64,000 nt of DNA from Chiloscyllium plagiosum (taxonomy: Eukaryota), in the NCBI RefSeq assembly GCF_004010195.1, contig NC_057716.1, forward strand, positions 15,080,373-15,144,372, written 5' to 3'. The notes below the pieces were generated by a model. It had not been told where the DNA came from. It made no database searches and saw nothing but the letters and a program-made list of their open reading frames with translations. A program made the translations under genes and the position numbers. Below are positions 38,050 to 52,300 of this stretch, in pieces. Positions within the stretch are counted from its first letter, which is position 1. Every line of letters starts with the position of its first letter.

Positions 38050-39100
38050 CAAACATTTTTTTTAGCTTCCCTTCAGGTTTAGTCAGTAGATGTTCTTCCA
38101 CAATGTGAGTAAATGGGTAAACTGCACCACAGCAGCCTGGATGGTCTTGGTAAATCCCATGGTGTTGAATGGCTGCACAGAGGCCTTGAACAGTCCTTAT
38201 ATGAGTTAAAAGGACCTACTCTTGCAGTGGGAGATCAACTCGGGTGGTGTAGTCTCTGATGAGAATGTGCTATCCCCTTCCAGTCATGCTACAAAATCTC
38301 AGCTTGGAGGGGTGGGTTGAGCCATATGGAATGGTGTGAGGGAAGGTGTACTACTGGTGGATTCAGGAGGGCATTGAATAAGGGGAAACATGGGTTTCAG
38401 TAAACCTTCTCCAGTTGCTTGCCTGTTATAAGTGCCCTGCTGACATGAGTGGGTGTGGAGATGTTTACCCTGGTCTGGGGAGCAAGGAGGAGGTAGTTTC
38501 AAGAATACCTATGATGATGCTCTTTTTTGAGTTGAGCTGCATACTGAAAAGTTTGTGTGAGCATTCTATGACCCAGAATTCTGCAGATGGGTACGTGACG
38601 ATGTGCATGAAGGGCAGAGGTTCTTAGGGTCTTGGCCTGTGATTTCCATGAGGTCATGTTCATTTTACCGAGGAGGTTACTGTGGATTGTAACTTTTTCT
38701 GAACTTTTGTGCATGTACGTGAGGTTCTGTCAAGGGTAGTCAATGTGCTTCAGACTCTGGCTGTATTGATGATGTTCTCAGTCCAGTTCTACATCCTGTT
38801 CCATTGCAACCCTAGCTGCTCTGGTGTGTTAGTCGAACTGTCAGGGTGGGGATGAGTCTGCCCTTCATTTTCATGAATCTGATCCCAACCAGCTCCAACT
38901 GGCTTAACGCAACAAAGCAGAACCTTAAAAGAAGCTATTGAGAGATCACAGCAATCTATCCATGACAGCAGAGGCTATTCAGTTCCACATGTGTAGAAAT
39001 AACATCAGGAGCTTGTTTTGGACCAGGGATTTGTTGACAGTGGAGAACGTTGTGGTTGAGGTTTCCTGCTTCCGGGCTTCAGGAGGTGGGCCCATTGGCA
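38050..39100 (-). mobile_element. Possible Harbinger/PIF DNA-transposon remnant
   Basis: Weak TGEGLLKPMFP similarity to the Harbinger IGLLKMRFRCL motif; heavily decayed. Confidence 0.3.
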
Positions 39101-40479
39101 GGTTTTGTGAGGGGAGGGGCAGCTGCAAAAGACTTGGGAGAGGATAAACATGCATTGCTGGTCAATATTTATCCATCAGCCAAGATAATTGATTTTGTGG
39201 TCATCTAGTCAGTGCTGTTTGTGGGATCATGCTGTGTGTATATTGGCTAGCATGCTTCCCTACATATCAACAATGACCCCACTTCAAAAAAAAATTGCAA
39301 TTGGCTTTGTGACAACCCGAGGTTGTGAAAGGGCTACGTAAAGGTTGGCTTCCTTCTTAATTTGGGTCAGTTAAAGACGATCAGTGATCAAACATCAGAT
39401 GTTTCCTCAGTGAGTAGATGATGATTGGAATGCACTTGTTTAAATGGGGCTTCAACCCAAGTTAAAACTGACAATTCAAAGAAAGAAAAAGGTTATATAT
39501 GCATCGGATTTTTCACAAAGTTTCGACAAAATACTTCTTTCAAAATGTAGTCTCTGTTGTAGGAAACATGCACAAAATTTGCTCATAGCAAACTCCTACA
39601 AACAGCAGTGTAATTATACTAGATCATTAGCAATTTTTGTGATATGGACTGAGGTCTAGACACTCGGACAGTTTCCGTGCTCTTCTGCAAAACAGTCTTG
39701 CATGATCTTGGTAGAGGACAGCAATGTCTTCAGTTCTTTTTCAGAATCTGAAAACTCAGGTCGTTATGAAAATAATGAACCACAATGCTCATGGTTTGAA
39801 CAAAAGATTTTCAATTAAACAAAAATCAAAGAACATGAATTTTAATAGTGCCACTTTCTCTTAAACAGGATGAGTTAGCTCAGTTGGCTGGATGGTTGGT
39901 TTGCAATGTGAAGTAAAGCCAACAGTCTGGCTTCCATTCCAGCACTGGCTGATGATACCTTGCAGGAGTCTCATCTTCAACCTCTCCCCTTGCCTGAAGA
40001 ATGGCGACTCTCAGGTTAAATCACCAGGAGTCATCTCTCTCTAATGAGAGAGCAACTCTATGACCTATTATGACAGTGGCAAATTTAACCTAAATCCAGG
40101 GCGTACACTGAAAGAAACTTTGCCCTCCAAGAAAAGAGTGATATTGTTTGTTCATAGGTAGTTGTTTGTCGCATTAAAAAAAAGCTGTCTCCTTCCAGTG
40201 CTGATGTGTTCTTCGAGCTTCTGTTCCTAGACATGAATGTACATGTTGACCTGGGAACTAATTGATTTGATGCTTGCTATGTTCTTCATAATGTAGCACA
40301 TCTTTAAGAAGTAACCTCTTTTCCTATAACGGGTATATTGCTAGTGTACGGCTGCATATTTTTCTCATTGATGTGAAGTTTTGGAACTAAAGCTGTGGTA
40401 AGACGTTGTAGCAGTCGATTGCTTAGGATTTTGTGGAAATGTATTCTCCTCTGGCTGAATGTTCTATTGTACTTGAATA

Positions 40480-40950
40480 GCCAACACACTATGTTGTATT
40501 ACATGAATGTTTTGTGCTAAATGGAACTTGTAATGTATAATTTTGCTTGAACGTTTTTCTAGACTCTGCGTCCATTGCAGTTTGGATTGTTTTTTCTGGA
40601 GTTAGACCCTCTTTTGATTGAAGAAGTTCAATGACTGATTTATCTGAGAGAACAATGATGATTCTGCCACAGAAAGGCTCTTGCTGTAAGTTTCTATGTT
40701 GCATTATTCACTAATATATACACATCATTATGAAGTTATCTACAGACTCTCCTGGCTATTGTTACCTGCTATTGAAGCATGATCTCAGCAGTATCTTATT
40801 TGTTCTTTAAATGAAATATTGACCAAAACCTGTCAAAAGGATGTCAAAAGTAATTCATTTGTCATCAATCTGTTGTTTCTGTGACACATGATCTGATGCT
40901 TTTCCTATTTAGTCATGCTGTGTGCTAAATTGATTCAATATCATCCAAAA
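40480..40950 (-). mobile_element. Gypsy-type gag remnant
   Basis: ORF 40489..40704 LQQEPFCGRIIIVLSDKSVIELLQSKEGLTPEKTIQ resembles gag EEMIRDRIVVGIxDxxLxExLQxxxxLTLEKAI. Confidence 0.5.
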
Positions 40951-41988
40951 GTTTAGGAAATAGGCTTTCCACATTTGTCAATGCATGGATCTATGAAATA
41001 GATCTGAGAGCTTGATTTTTTTAATGTTATAAAGATTGGTACAGGTGAATTTGAAATTGCTGATTATTTTATTGATGGAACGATGATTTTTGGATTATTA
41101 TGAGCTTGTATAATACTCATTTTTGTTGTCATGTAAATTAGCAGATTGAAGTTGTTGTTGAATCTTTATAAATATTGTCAATGCAGTACTAAAACTGAAA
41201 ATTGTTAAAGTTTCTGTTGTTTGAAATTCTGTTTCAATGTAAAGTACAGTTTTCATTTATGGCTTTTGTATCAATATGATGTCTTCAGAGAAATGAATGA
41301 AAATATTCCTTTTCCAAGATGGTGAAGAATTTCCAAAAGATCTATGGGTAGAAACTTTCTCAAAATGGTTTCAATCAATAAAGACTCAGTGATTTTTGAC
41401 TATATAAAAGATGCCTTGATATAATTTTAAACAGTTTTTTTTTCTGCTTTGGAAATACGTTTGCACTGATTTCAACACTATGTTTAGTACTCTTTTTCTA
41501 TATTTCAATTTGCTGTATAAGGTTGCCAAAACTTCTTAGTTGCAGAATAAAATTTGCATTTGTAGCAGAGATCTTTTAAAGTGATAAAGGTTTTGCAGAA
41601 GGGTCACAGCATGTGAAATGTTAACTCTGGTCTCATCATAGATGCTATCAAACCTGCTAGGTTTATTCAACAATTCTGGTTTGGTTTGGTTCAGATCTCC
41701 AGCATTTGCTGTTCTTTGCTCTTTCAGTGGGTATTCAGTCCAGAGTTATCAACTTAATTTCTAGTCAAATTTTGTACTGCTGTCACTGCTTCTAAACAGT
41801 TTGTTTCACCTATTACTGGCTATAAAAAAGGCTAGTATTCAGACTTACCATTGTAAGTAATTTGCCTGCACGGGATTTCTCTTACAGAGTGTTCCATCAC
41901 AGCAGCTGCTCTACTCTGTTGATTTTCAAGTTGCTCGCTGGTCTTAAAGCTGCACTAATGACTTTTTAAAAACACAGTTATCATTGAG

Positions 41989-42313
41989 TTTAGATTAGAT
42001 TTCCTACAATATGGAAGCAGCCCCTTCGGCCTAACAAGTCCACACCAACTCTCCGAAGAGCAAGCCACCCAGACATATTCCCCTACATTTACCTCTGACT
42101 AAAATACCTAACACTATGGGCAATTTAGCACAGCTAATTCACCTAACCTGCACATCTTTGGATTGTGGGAGGAAACCAGAGCACCCAGAGGAAACCTGCG
42201 CAGACACGGGGAGAATGTGCAAACTCCAGACAGACAGTCGCCTGAGGTGGGAATGGAACCCGGGTCCCTGGCACTGTGAGGCAGCAGTGCTAACCACTGA
42301 GCCACCATGCCAC
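41989..42313 (-). mobile_element. HE1/V-SINE
   Basis: Full-length reverse complement of the 30885 element, with TTAGA-repeat tail. Confidence 0.9.
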
Positions 42314-43094
42314 CCTTTTTCCCTTCTCTGAATGGCATCAGGTTTGCTTCAATCTTCACAGCTGCCATAATTGTCCAAACAAGGGAATCACTGCACCATG
42401 TTTTATAGTGTGGTTTTATTCCACATCAATAAATTTGGGTTCAGTACAGATGGGTTGTGGAGAAAGCAAGATCAAGAACTATGTTCAGGCTTGGAATTTA
42501 TTTATAATTAAGTTTTTAACATATTAAGATAAAATTCTACAATACCTGGCATTCAGAGATAAATCAGGCTCTAATCCTACGTCTACATTATTGAAAAACT
42601 GCTTCAATGAGCTATACTACCTATTCCTAATCTGACTACTACACAGTCTCTGGATTAACAGTCTAGTGGTAATTAACAAGGACATCACTTCCCCCTAGTG
42701 GTTAACAAAGAGTTTCAAACTACTTACAGTAGAAACAGACCACTCTGCCCTATTGGTCCATATGTCTCTCTTCACATCAGCATATCCTGTCATTTAGTTC
42801 CCCGCATGTACTTATGTGGTTTCTTCTTGTACATAATTATGGAATTCACCCTAAGTACTTCTTGTGGTAGCTGGTTACATGTACTTATTATGTTCTGGGT
42901 AATAGTGTTTCTTCCTAACAGATTTATTATCGCCTATCTTATACTTATGATCTATAGTTTTGTTCTCACCCACAAGAGGAAATATCTTCTCCAAACATTT
43001 TCATGATTTTAAGGTTCTCCGCTTTCAGTTGGTTTCCAGTCTTTTCAGTATTTCCTAATAGGTTTAACCATTCAGTTCTGGTATAATTACATTC

Positions 43095-43492
43095 TGCAGG
43101 GTTGGATGTTTGAGCAATATGGAGTGGCTAAATAGGCTGAAGCTATCTTCCCTAGATTGTCGGAGGCTGAGGCGGTGACCTTATAGAAGTTTATAAACTC
43201 AGAAGGGGCATGGATAGGGTGAATAGCCAAGGTCTTTTCCCCAGGGTAGGGGAGTCCAAAACTAGAGGACATAGGGTGAGAGGGGAAAGATTTAAAAGGG
43301 AGCTAAGGGGCAACATTTTCATGCAGAGGGTGGTGAATGTATGGAGTGAGCTGACAGAGGAAGTGTTTGAGGCTGGTACAATTGCAATGTTTAAGGAATA
43401 TCTAGATGGGTACATGAATAGGAAAGATTTTGAGAGATATGGCCAAATGCTGGCAAATGAAACTAGATTAACTTCGGATATCTGGCTGGCGT
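43095..43492 (+). mobile_element. CR1 LINE 3' fragment
   Basis: ORF 43210..43494 MDRVNSQGLFPRVGESKTRGH...VWSELTEEV. Confidence 0.88.
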
Positions 43493-45584
43493 GATTCGAT
43501 TACTCTGTATTCAATCTGGTGAATAATTTTCCAGACTTCTACGTGATTTGACATTGTTTTTGTAATATGGACATCAGAACTATGCACATTGCACCAGGTA
43601 TGTTCTCACTACTACTGATACACGTTTAACGTAACTTCACTGTTACACAATTCTATTGCTCCAAACAATGAGCCCAGTGCTTTATTTGCATCTTTTTGTG
43701 TCCTTATCAACTTTCATCATCCTTTTTTAGTGATTGTTGCATCTATCCAGAAACCCATCAAACTACCATCAGCACAACCGCACCCCCAACTGATTCACAA
43801 GCTGCAATTTTCCGAGGAGCACTTGACCTGCTCATTTTTTTTTTTCAAAATGTGATACCTCACACTCAAACATACTGAAGTTCATTTGCCAATTACCAAG
43901 TTTTTAAATTTTTAACAAAATAAAATGTTGTGTATTGGATTCCTTCCTTGTAATCATATTGACCAGTTTTGTGACATTTCCTATTACTGAAATTATGGCC
44001 AGGATTTTCAATTTGGGAGTTAAAGTATGTATTATGTATCTTAGAGACCTTCCCATATTGAGATCTGGGTGGTTCAGGTGCTGTCCTGGTGAATCTTAAC
44101 AAGAAGAGGCATTTGTCTTTGATAACAATGTAGTTTATCACATGACCACCATAGGTACAAACTACATTGATTAGTTAGGTATAATTACTTAAGACTGTCA
44201 GGAGCCAGAGACTGCAAGCTCAATTTTCCAAGCAATCTCACTTCATTTTTATCGAAGGAGAGAGTTCTGAATTTCTGACAGGAGATTTTGATGAGAGATC
44301 TTTCAGAAATATGGAGTCATGCTTCCATTTTGACAGTTCTCTCAGATTGCAGAATAAAACCAAAAGAACTGTGGATGCTGTAAATGAGGAATGAAAACAA
44401 AAGTTGCTGGAAAAGGTTTTTGAGGAAAGGTCACCGGACCTGAAATGTTAACTCGGACCTTTCTTCACAGATGCTGCCAGACCTGTTGAGCTTTTCCAGC
44501 AACTTCTGTTTTTGTTCCTCTCATAGTGCAGAGTTGTCAGAGAAAGGCAAACCACGCACACCCATTCTCTTATCACGTCCGCTGTCGTATTCTGGAACTG
44601 AAAGCTTTAGAGTCATAGATAGCCACTTTGATTGTTGCTGTCAGCTGGTAACTACATCAGATAAGTGTGAGGTTAGGGTGCCAAGAGGGTAGGGAGATGG
44701 GATGCCAGGTAAGTGGCGCGTCAGCTGCAAAGGTGTCAGGGGATAGGGTGGTGAAGGAGTGAAGGGCCCAGGCATCTCTCAGGTGGTGAAGGTGGGGGAC
44801 AGTTCCAGAATGCGGGAAGTGGTGCCTGGTCCAACATGGCTGAAGGGTAGTCACATTTGAGTGCTGTACGTTATCTGGGATGGTGTAATTGGGGTTTATG
44901 TGAATTAAATATATGGTCAGTTGAATAGTTAGTTTGGAGTAAGTAACTTTCCCTGAGTAGCTAACTTGCTTAATTTCATTGGAACCCCTCAGAATTCTCC
45001 ACTTTATACGAAGACAGCCAAAGGTTCCAGGTGTCAACGAGTTGCCCAGTGGAATCTTCAATTTCCAGGGCAACTCCTTCACAGTTTTCTGAGGTGGATA
45101 TTCACAGAACCCTCATAAACAGCTCTTCACTCATTGGAAAGCCTGGAGCTATCCAAAGTAAAGCCTTTGTTGGTTGCCCTCAGGATGTCACAGAGCAACA
45201 CTAGGTGGACACAAGGTTTAGTGTTGTGCTGTCAGAGGTTGTGCTCCTGCTTGTCTGGATCAGCAGAGAAGCTGTTTTCCCAAGTAATTGCTGAGAAAAG
45301 CTCTCCCACATGTGCCATCCCCAACTACCTCTCTCAACTCCCACCCTAACATGGTGCAATTTCCATCTATCCCTGTCACTTCGCAGGACCTCCAGATCAA
45401 GCCCCAGTCATGAGTCACAGCACAGATGATGCTCTGGACAAAGGCTTCATCAACCCCAGACCGACTGCAGGCCAAGAGCAGGGATGATCCTGGCAGATAG
45501 TCTCCTCCTGCTCTTACGTTTGTATTAGGAGTCCACCCACTTTTGCACTCAACCAGTTTCCCAGTCATGTCAGTAGCTTGCCCT

Positions 45585-46050
45585 CAATTCTGTGGGCTTC
45601 TACCTTAGCTAGCAGTCACTTGTATGGGACTTTATCAGATGCCTTCTGGAAGTCCACAGACATGTCCCTGTCCATTACCTTAGTCACTTCTTCAAAAACG
45701 TCTTTATGATTTGTCAGGCATGACCTATCTGTCATGAATCCATGCTGGTTCTCCATGATTAACTGAACATTTTTAAGGTGTTAGATACCCCAACCTTAAT
45801 TATAGACTCCAACAAATTCCCCACCATGAATGTTAGGCTAACTGGCTTGTAATTCACTGGTTTCCCTCCTTTACCCTTCTTAAAAGGTGCAGAGATATGA
45901 ACAATTTTCCAATCCAAAGGGATGACTCTTGTATTTCGGGAATTCTGAAAGATTGTAGTTAGAGCATCTACAATGTGCTCCCCCACCTCCTTTAACACCC
46001 TCGAATGGAAACAGTCAGGACCTGAATATTTGTTACTCTTTAATTCTATC
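45585..46050 (-). mobile_element. CR1 LINE RT N-terminal fragment
   Basis: ORF 45759..46061 KYSGPDCFHSRVLKE...IPLDWK...FKKG...NYKPVSLT. Confidence 0.85.
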
Positions 46051-49000
46051 AATTTCCTCATTGCTGAGGTTTTGCTTACTTTTATTTATTCACTTCCTAT
46101 TTCTGACCTACCATTAATTTCTTCAGGACTTCCAGCAATCTATCCTCCTTTCCTGCTGAGACAAAATAATTACTCAACATGTCTGACAAATTTCCACATA
46201 ATCATTGAATAATTTTCAGAGAATAACATTTTATTATTTTTGCATGGGATATTGATGTCACCCTTTAATTGTCCTTGAAAAAGCGGTGGTAAGACACTTT
46301 GTTGAACTGTTGCAGTCCATTTAGTTTTGATTTTTCTGTCATAATTTGATACAAATGAGTGGCTTTCTGGGCCATTTTGCAGGTCTATAAAGAGTCATGT
46401 ACTTTGCTGTGGGTCTGGAGTGACATGCAAGTGAGGTAAGATAAAACGGTACATTTCCCTCCCTGAAGGATATTGGTAAACCAAATGTGTCATTATGACC
46501 ATCAACAACTTTTCAAATCCAGATTTTATTCATAGAATTTAAATTCCATCAGCTAGCATTGTGGAATTAACCCATTCCCCGCAAAACATGAAGCCTAGCC
46601 TTTGAATTATTGATTCATCAGCATTAATGGAACTCCACTGCCTTCCACATGATTCCCAGAGCTGGTGAAGGCAGGATTCCACCACCCCACCCACCCCCCG
46701 ACTGCTCAGCTAACAAATAGGGTAACCACCTCAATGTTAAATCCCAGTCCATAAACTGGCTTCACTTCTCAGTCTGCAAGGCTGTTTATGTATTTGACAT
46801 TTCCAACATCGGAACAAGTGAAAGCAGAATGAAAGCTGTCTGTAAATAGGACAGAGCAAGTTACTGCAAGCTGGGTTCATAGCCAGAGACAAATTGTTTT
46901 GTTTATCTATGAATGTAAATGATGGATAGGTATGGCTTGCTATTATCAGCCTGTTGGAACACGATAGCTGTGATTGAAAACCCCACAAAAGCATAGATTC
47001 TGCTTAAACAACCTGGTACAGTATCTCATGTCATGAACACAGTTATGCAATCGCTGTGACGCACGAAAATAAGAGTTGCTGGTAATATTGGCTAAAAATA
47101 TTTGGAATTGAGAAAATCAACTAAGAGGTCAGGGAATCCTTGCTGTTTGTTAAGCTATAGTACAATAGATCTTTTTATCATATCATCACATTTATCATTC
47201 CATAGGCAGCTCACGGCCGTTGGAGGTATATGGCCCACACATTGCCAAATTCCTCTCCCTTTGTTCAAGACGAAAGGTGCCACATTGAAAAAAACTCAAA
47301 AATAAATGAGGGTATTGCAAATTCAATGAAGGTAAGCTAAGATTCCGTATCAACCCCTGGTGCCAAGAATTCAATCAAGGTGAGGAATTCCAAATTTAAA
47401 CATTCTTTCAAATCTAAACCTGGCAGACTTCTTTTAATATTGATGTCAGAAAGATTCAAATTATCAAAGTTATTCTTTACAAACCTATCTGTCCATATTA
47501 TCACTTATCAAATTTTCCTCCCAACAGGCCACCATCCCTTGGACTAGATAAGAGGCTCTTATTCCTCATCTTGGAATCACTTTAACTAGGACAATAATTT
47601 CTGTCAGGAGTCTTTCCTTGGCCTGCTGCTGTTTACAATGCCATGCCAATGCCATGAAACCATCCCACACATCCCTCAACCTTACCCTCTATTCCATCCC
47701 ATGCCACTATCCATCACCAGAAGGCATCGAGGTATGGGATTTTGCATCTGGATTGGGAAGGTGAGGTTTGGAGATGTTGGTTTAAGTGCTTGATATCTTT
47801 GGAATTACTCACAGGTTCATTTAGGTCCTTGGTGTATCCCAGAAGTAATTGAGGGAATACTTGATACCACTAATTAATGACTCAGAGGCTTGGTCACATG
47901 GATTCAGTCCAGCTAGTCATATTGAGCAATGAACAAGGACATGGTTAAAGCAAAATTAATAAATGCCAATAGTGATTGATTATATGATTCTGGTTCACAA
48001 TAAGAGAAAATGGCTACAGAAAAACTAATGTCACTGATGTGATCTGAGATGACATTCATTAACAGAAACTGGGCCGTGTATTAGGTGAGCAATAAAGTCA
48101 TCAATTTATTGATCAACTTTCAATTAAACAGTGTAGAATTGCTTACAAAAAAAACATAGATGTGATCAGAACAATTCAATAAGTGCCAAACGGGAAGAAC
48201 TCTCCTTAGCAGTTATTTAACGAGTCTCAATGCATTATTTTTCCCTAAATGATGGGTGGTAGTAATTGGCTAACTCTCGGTCACACACTCACACTGCACT
48301 GGGCCAGTTGATAGTGGGACAGTGTGCACAGCTGATGTGGAGAAGCAAATCATCTGAAGTCTCACCTCCTGTGGGGATAGAATAGAGGGGTCCAATCCTA
48401 AATAAGCATCTGAAGAAGACAACCGAAGAGCAGCATATACAAATAACAGGGCATAGAACAACGATCACCACCCATTCCTTCCACATTTTTTCACTGAACC
48501 TTTGCTTCCAATGGCTGCTGTGTTGAGGCTACAGTGACTGGACTTTCCACAGCAAGGACCATTTTGTGAACTTTTTGGTAATGCCACATTAGCTCTCAAA
48601 TGATACTCATTGAAAAAGAGGGTTCTTGTTCTTTTGTATGTTCTTTTCTGAGCTGCTTGCCTATAGAAACTCCTAATGACCACTTAGGCAGAAAACTATT
48701 GCCTTTTCACTTTTCATGCATTTCCAGACCTTCTATGTATTTTCTGTTCTGATACATTCCCTTTCTATAAATCTGGAGACTGAGACAATTTGCACAGCAG
48801 GCTTGACTGGCACGTAATACCAATTTCAGGAGGAATGCTTCCAATAAGACAAGGTACAACCAAAATCCTTGTTCAACTTCCACCCATGGTACAAGGGCCC
48901 TAATCTCACAATTCACTTCCACCAAGACATTGGTAAAAGAGCAGGGATTTTCAAATTTCCATACTGGGGAAATAAAGTTTGAAGTTTCCATTTCAACTGT

Positions 49001-49348
49001 CTTTCTCCCCACTCCTGTTCTTTTGTAGCTAAAGTCCTAGACTGAGGGAATCAGGCATTAAGTGTGGCAGGCAGGTTGCTCACTCTTTGCACTAGAATTC
49101 CTATTTTAGTAGTGAAGTTAAAAGTAACATCAGTTTGAAGACTGCCAGGGAACATTTACCTTGCTGCTCATCATATGAGCATTAACATGAAAGACAATAC
49201 ATAGATGAGGACATACACAAAGTACAGAAAACTTTTGTTGTCATAACATGTTTTTCCTTATATATGAACAATATATGATAACATCTTCTTTAATCGGAAT
49301 GAGGTTGTCTTGTGTTCACACCAAGCATTTCAATCGATTCATCTTGGA

Positions 49349-49378
49349 TTAGTGTCGAGATCTTGAATCGTCATATTC
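49349..49378 (-). CDS. C terminal coding exon EYDDSRSRH*
   Basis: ttccag|GAA; homologous to the A and B terminal exons. Confidence 0.75.
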   Translation of the reverse strand, partial: EYDDSRSRH

Positions 49379-52300
49379 CTGGAATTAACAGAATGAAGAA
49401 ATGTTCATTTTCAGATGGACTGAGTTCGGTCCAAGTTAAAGTTTTATTGTTGTTGATAGTCATTATTGAGAGATAATTCTCTGATCCAAAGTCTGAGCTT
49501 ATACTCACATTTAGAGATTCCTCCATCCATGATTCCCTTGATGACATTTTCAGCTGCATTGAAATATTAAGATATTTAGCACAGGGAATCACTTTTCTCA
49601 AACTTTAAAATGATTTCCAAACAAAAGATACAAATAACTTAACGTAGAATGAGAGTAAATTTCCTCTGTTACAGATATGTGATTGTAACTCAGTGTCTAG
49701 GTGAATGGTTGTATAGAACACAACAGTTGTATTTCTACTACACTAATGTAATGAAAGTCCCAAAGTTCATTCACGGTACAACAAAGTATGACACCAAGAT
49801 ACCTTAGGAAATAGTAAGGTAAGTGACCAGAAGTTGGGTTAAAGAGGTACATTTTAAGGATTAAAGGATAAAAATTAGGTCAACAAATCGAGAGGGTTAG
49901 GGAAGGAATTCAAAAGCTTAAGGCCAAGGCAACTGAAAGGACAGCTGCAAATGCTCAAGTGATTAAAACTGGGAATGCACAACAGATATCTTGGAGGTTT
50001 GTAGCGCTTGAGGTGATTACAACATGATTAGAACGCTAGCATATAGTGTATTTGCCAGATCAATGAACTGGAATGATATGGCCTGCGATGGCTTAGTGTT
50101 TCAAAAGGCCAGTTCTCTGCAAGCATGTTTTTTAACTGTCACAAGTCCTAGAGATGACAGTGGGAACACCGTATTTGTAATAGTCATCTATTCAGAATGA
50201 TGTAGCAAGTCATTTCTATCGGGGAATCTTCCAGTTTAGCTTTGCTCCCCTGAAACATTGACTTTGAATTTGTGGTGGTGGAACATTGTGCAAATTCTTA
50301 ATGATGATGGCGTCAACCCCTCCCTCCCTTCCTCTATAAACTCTACCATCTTCACAACTCTCTGAGATATCTGTTCTCCAATTTTGACTTCTTACATTTT
50401 CCTTATTTTGGTCACTACTTAGTTTCAGCAGTTCCTTCATCTGTGAAGGTCATATGTTCTGGAACTCCTTTTCTAAAAATGCTCCTTCTATCTTCCCTGC
50501 TTCGATATAGGCTGTTGTTATATGGGTTCATTTGCTTTAGCCTCCTACTATGGTTGCTTTTGCTTTAGCGTTGAGCAACAAACATATTGGGACCAACTTG
50601 TATTTCGAGTGGACAGATAAAAGGTGGTGCAGACTAAACTGTAATCCTTGCTGTGAGGCCCATGTCATTTTGAGAGTTGTGCCATATCTGTAGAGAATAG
50701 ACAACTTTGGATACTGAGCCAGCACCTAGGCAGCACCAGCTAAGGGCTTGAGAGTTATGGGGGTGGGTGGGGAGGAATGAGGGTGAAATAGATGATCCTC
50801 TATGCAGCTGAGCTGTAAGATCAGACTGAAAGGGAAGAAGAGGAAATTCAGGGGAGGAGGTTTTGCCTTATGAATAGTTGGTACGCAGCATTTTTTGGCC
50901 AGGAAGATAATTTATGTTCATCCTAGTCTGGCAGAAATCATCATATGGTGATTTTATCATGTTGCCAGTATGTCTGCAGCAAATCTTTAAGATCCTCTGA
51001 TTGATTAATCTGAGCCTATTACCAATACATGCAGAATGTGAAAGAACGATATAATCTGTTGGTATTTCTAAATTGCAGTGGCAAATGAAAAAAGGGACGG
51101 AGGTGTCTGAAATGCATGTTATATTTCGGCTCATGACTGGGACACTGAGGCTTCCCCATGAATATCAGCTGTTAGGGGCAGGCAGTCTGCTCACCACTAC
51201 AGGTTTCTGAGCGTAATTTCTCCCCAATTCAATCCATTGCTCACACTGTAAACTAACACGTAGCAATTGTGAGTTCCATTTAACAATTGCACAGGAACTG
51301 GAAAATAGACCACACAGCAAATGCACCAAATCACGCCAACATTTAAATTTAAAAAAACACTTTGCACTCATCATGAAATTATCATCTGCTTAAACAAAGG
51401 GAAAGAGTTAGGAATAGTAAACAGGGATATCAATAGTATCAGCTGTGCTTGGTTAACTGCATAGAATTCTTTGAAAATCTAACATGTGTGTTAGATGGGG
51501 GAATTGGACTATGGAGTATGTACAGATTTTGGGAAAGTCTTTGATAAAGCTTCACAGAACACAATATCAGAAAATATTATGGAATGGAGGGGTGGGAGGA
51601 TTACATTTTGGATCTGGGCACCACTTTTATTTGTTCTGCAATGTAATGCCCTTCATTTTTGTTGTACTTATGGTGGTGGGAGAACAACAGACCAAGATCA
51701 CGTGATTAAATAAAAAAACTTCTGAAGATTGACAGCTTACCTCTTCACTGCTGTTAGTTAATTCCGATGATCCTCCATTATGACTGACTCTTGCTGATGG
51801 TTTTCTGTGGCCTTTTCTGCCTTTCGTGGGTTTGCTGTGAGGTTTCCCTCCTTGAGAAATGTCACTATGCTCTCTGTTACCTCTGTATATATCACTTTCA
51901 CTCCTCAGCCTCTCCGGTGAGTCTCTGTTACCCCTGGCCCTTTTGAACCCATGACATTCAACATCAACATCGAGTACCTCATCAGCTAAGTATTTAACAC
52001 GACTCCTGCATGTAGCTGTCTCCTGCAGAAACAAAAGCCACATTAGGGGTGAGCACTGCTGTGTGTGGTTTCCAATTCCTGAAACTTCATATCTGCTGCT
52101 GCACCGATACGACCTTGAGAAACAGATTCTGAGCCAATGGTCCTTTATTTGGACCGGTACTTTGCAAAATGACAGTGACTTTCTCTTGGATTTCTGAGAC
52201 ATTGTTGTGAAATCAAATTGCAGGTGTCAGGAGCAAACCTCGGTGGAGAAAGCCAATGGGAAGGTACAAAAAATGATGTTTGAGATTTCCCTCTTCTTAA

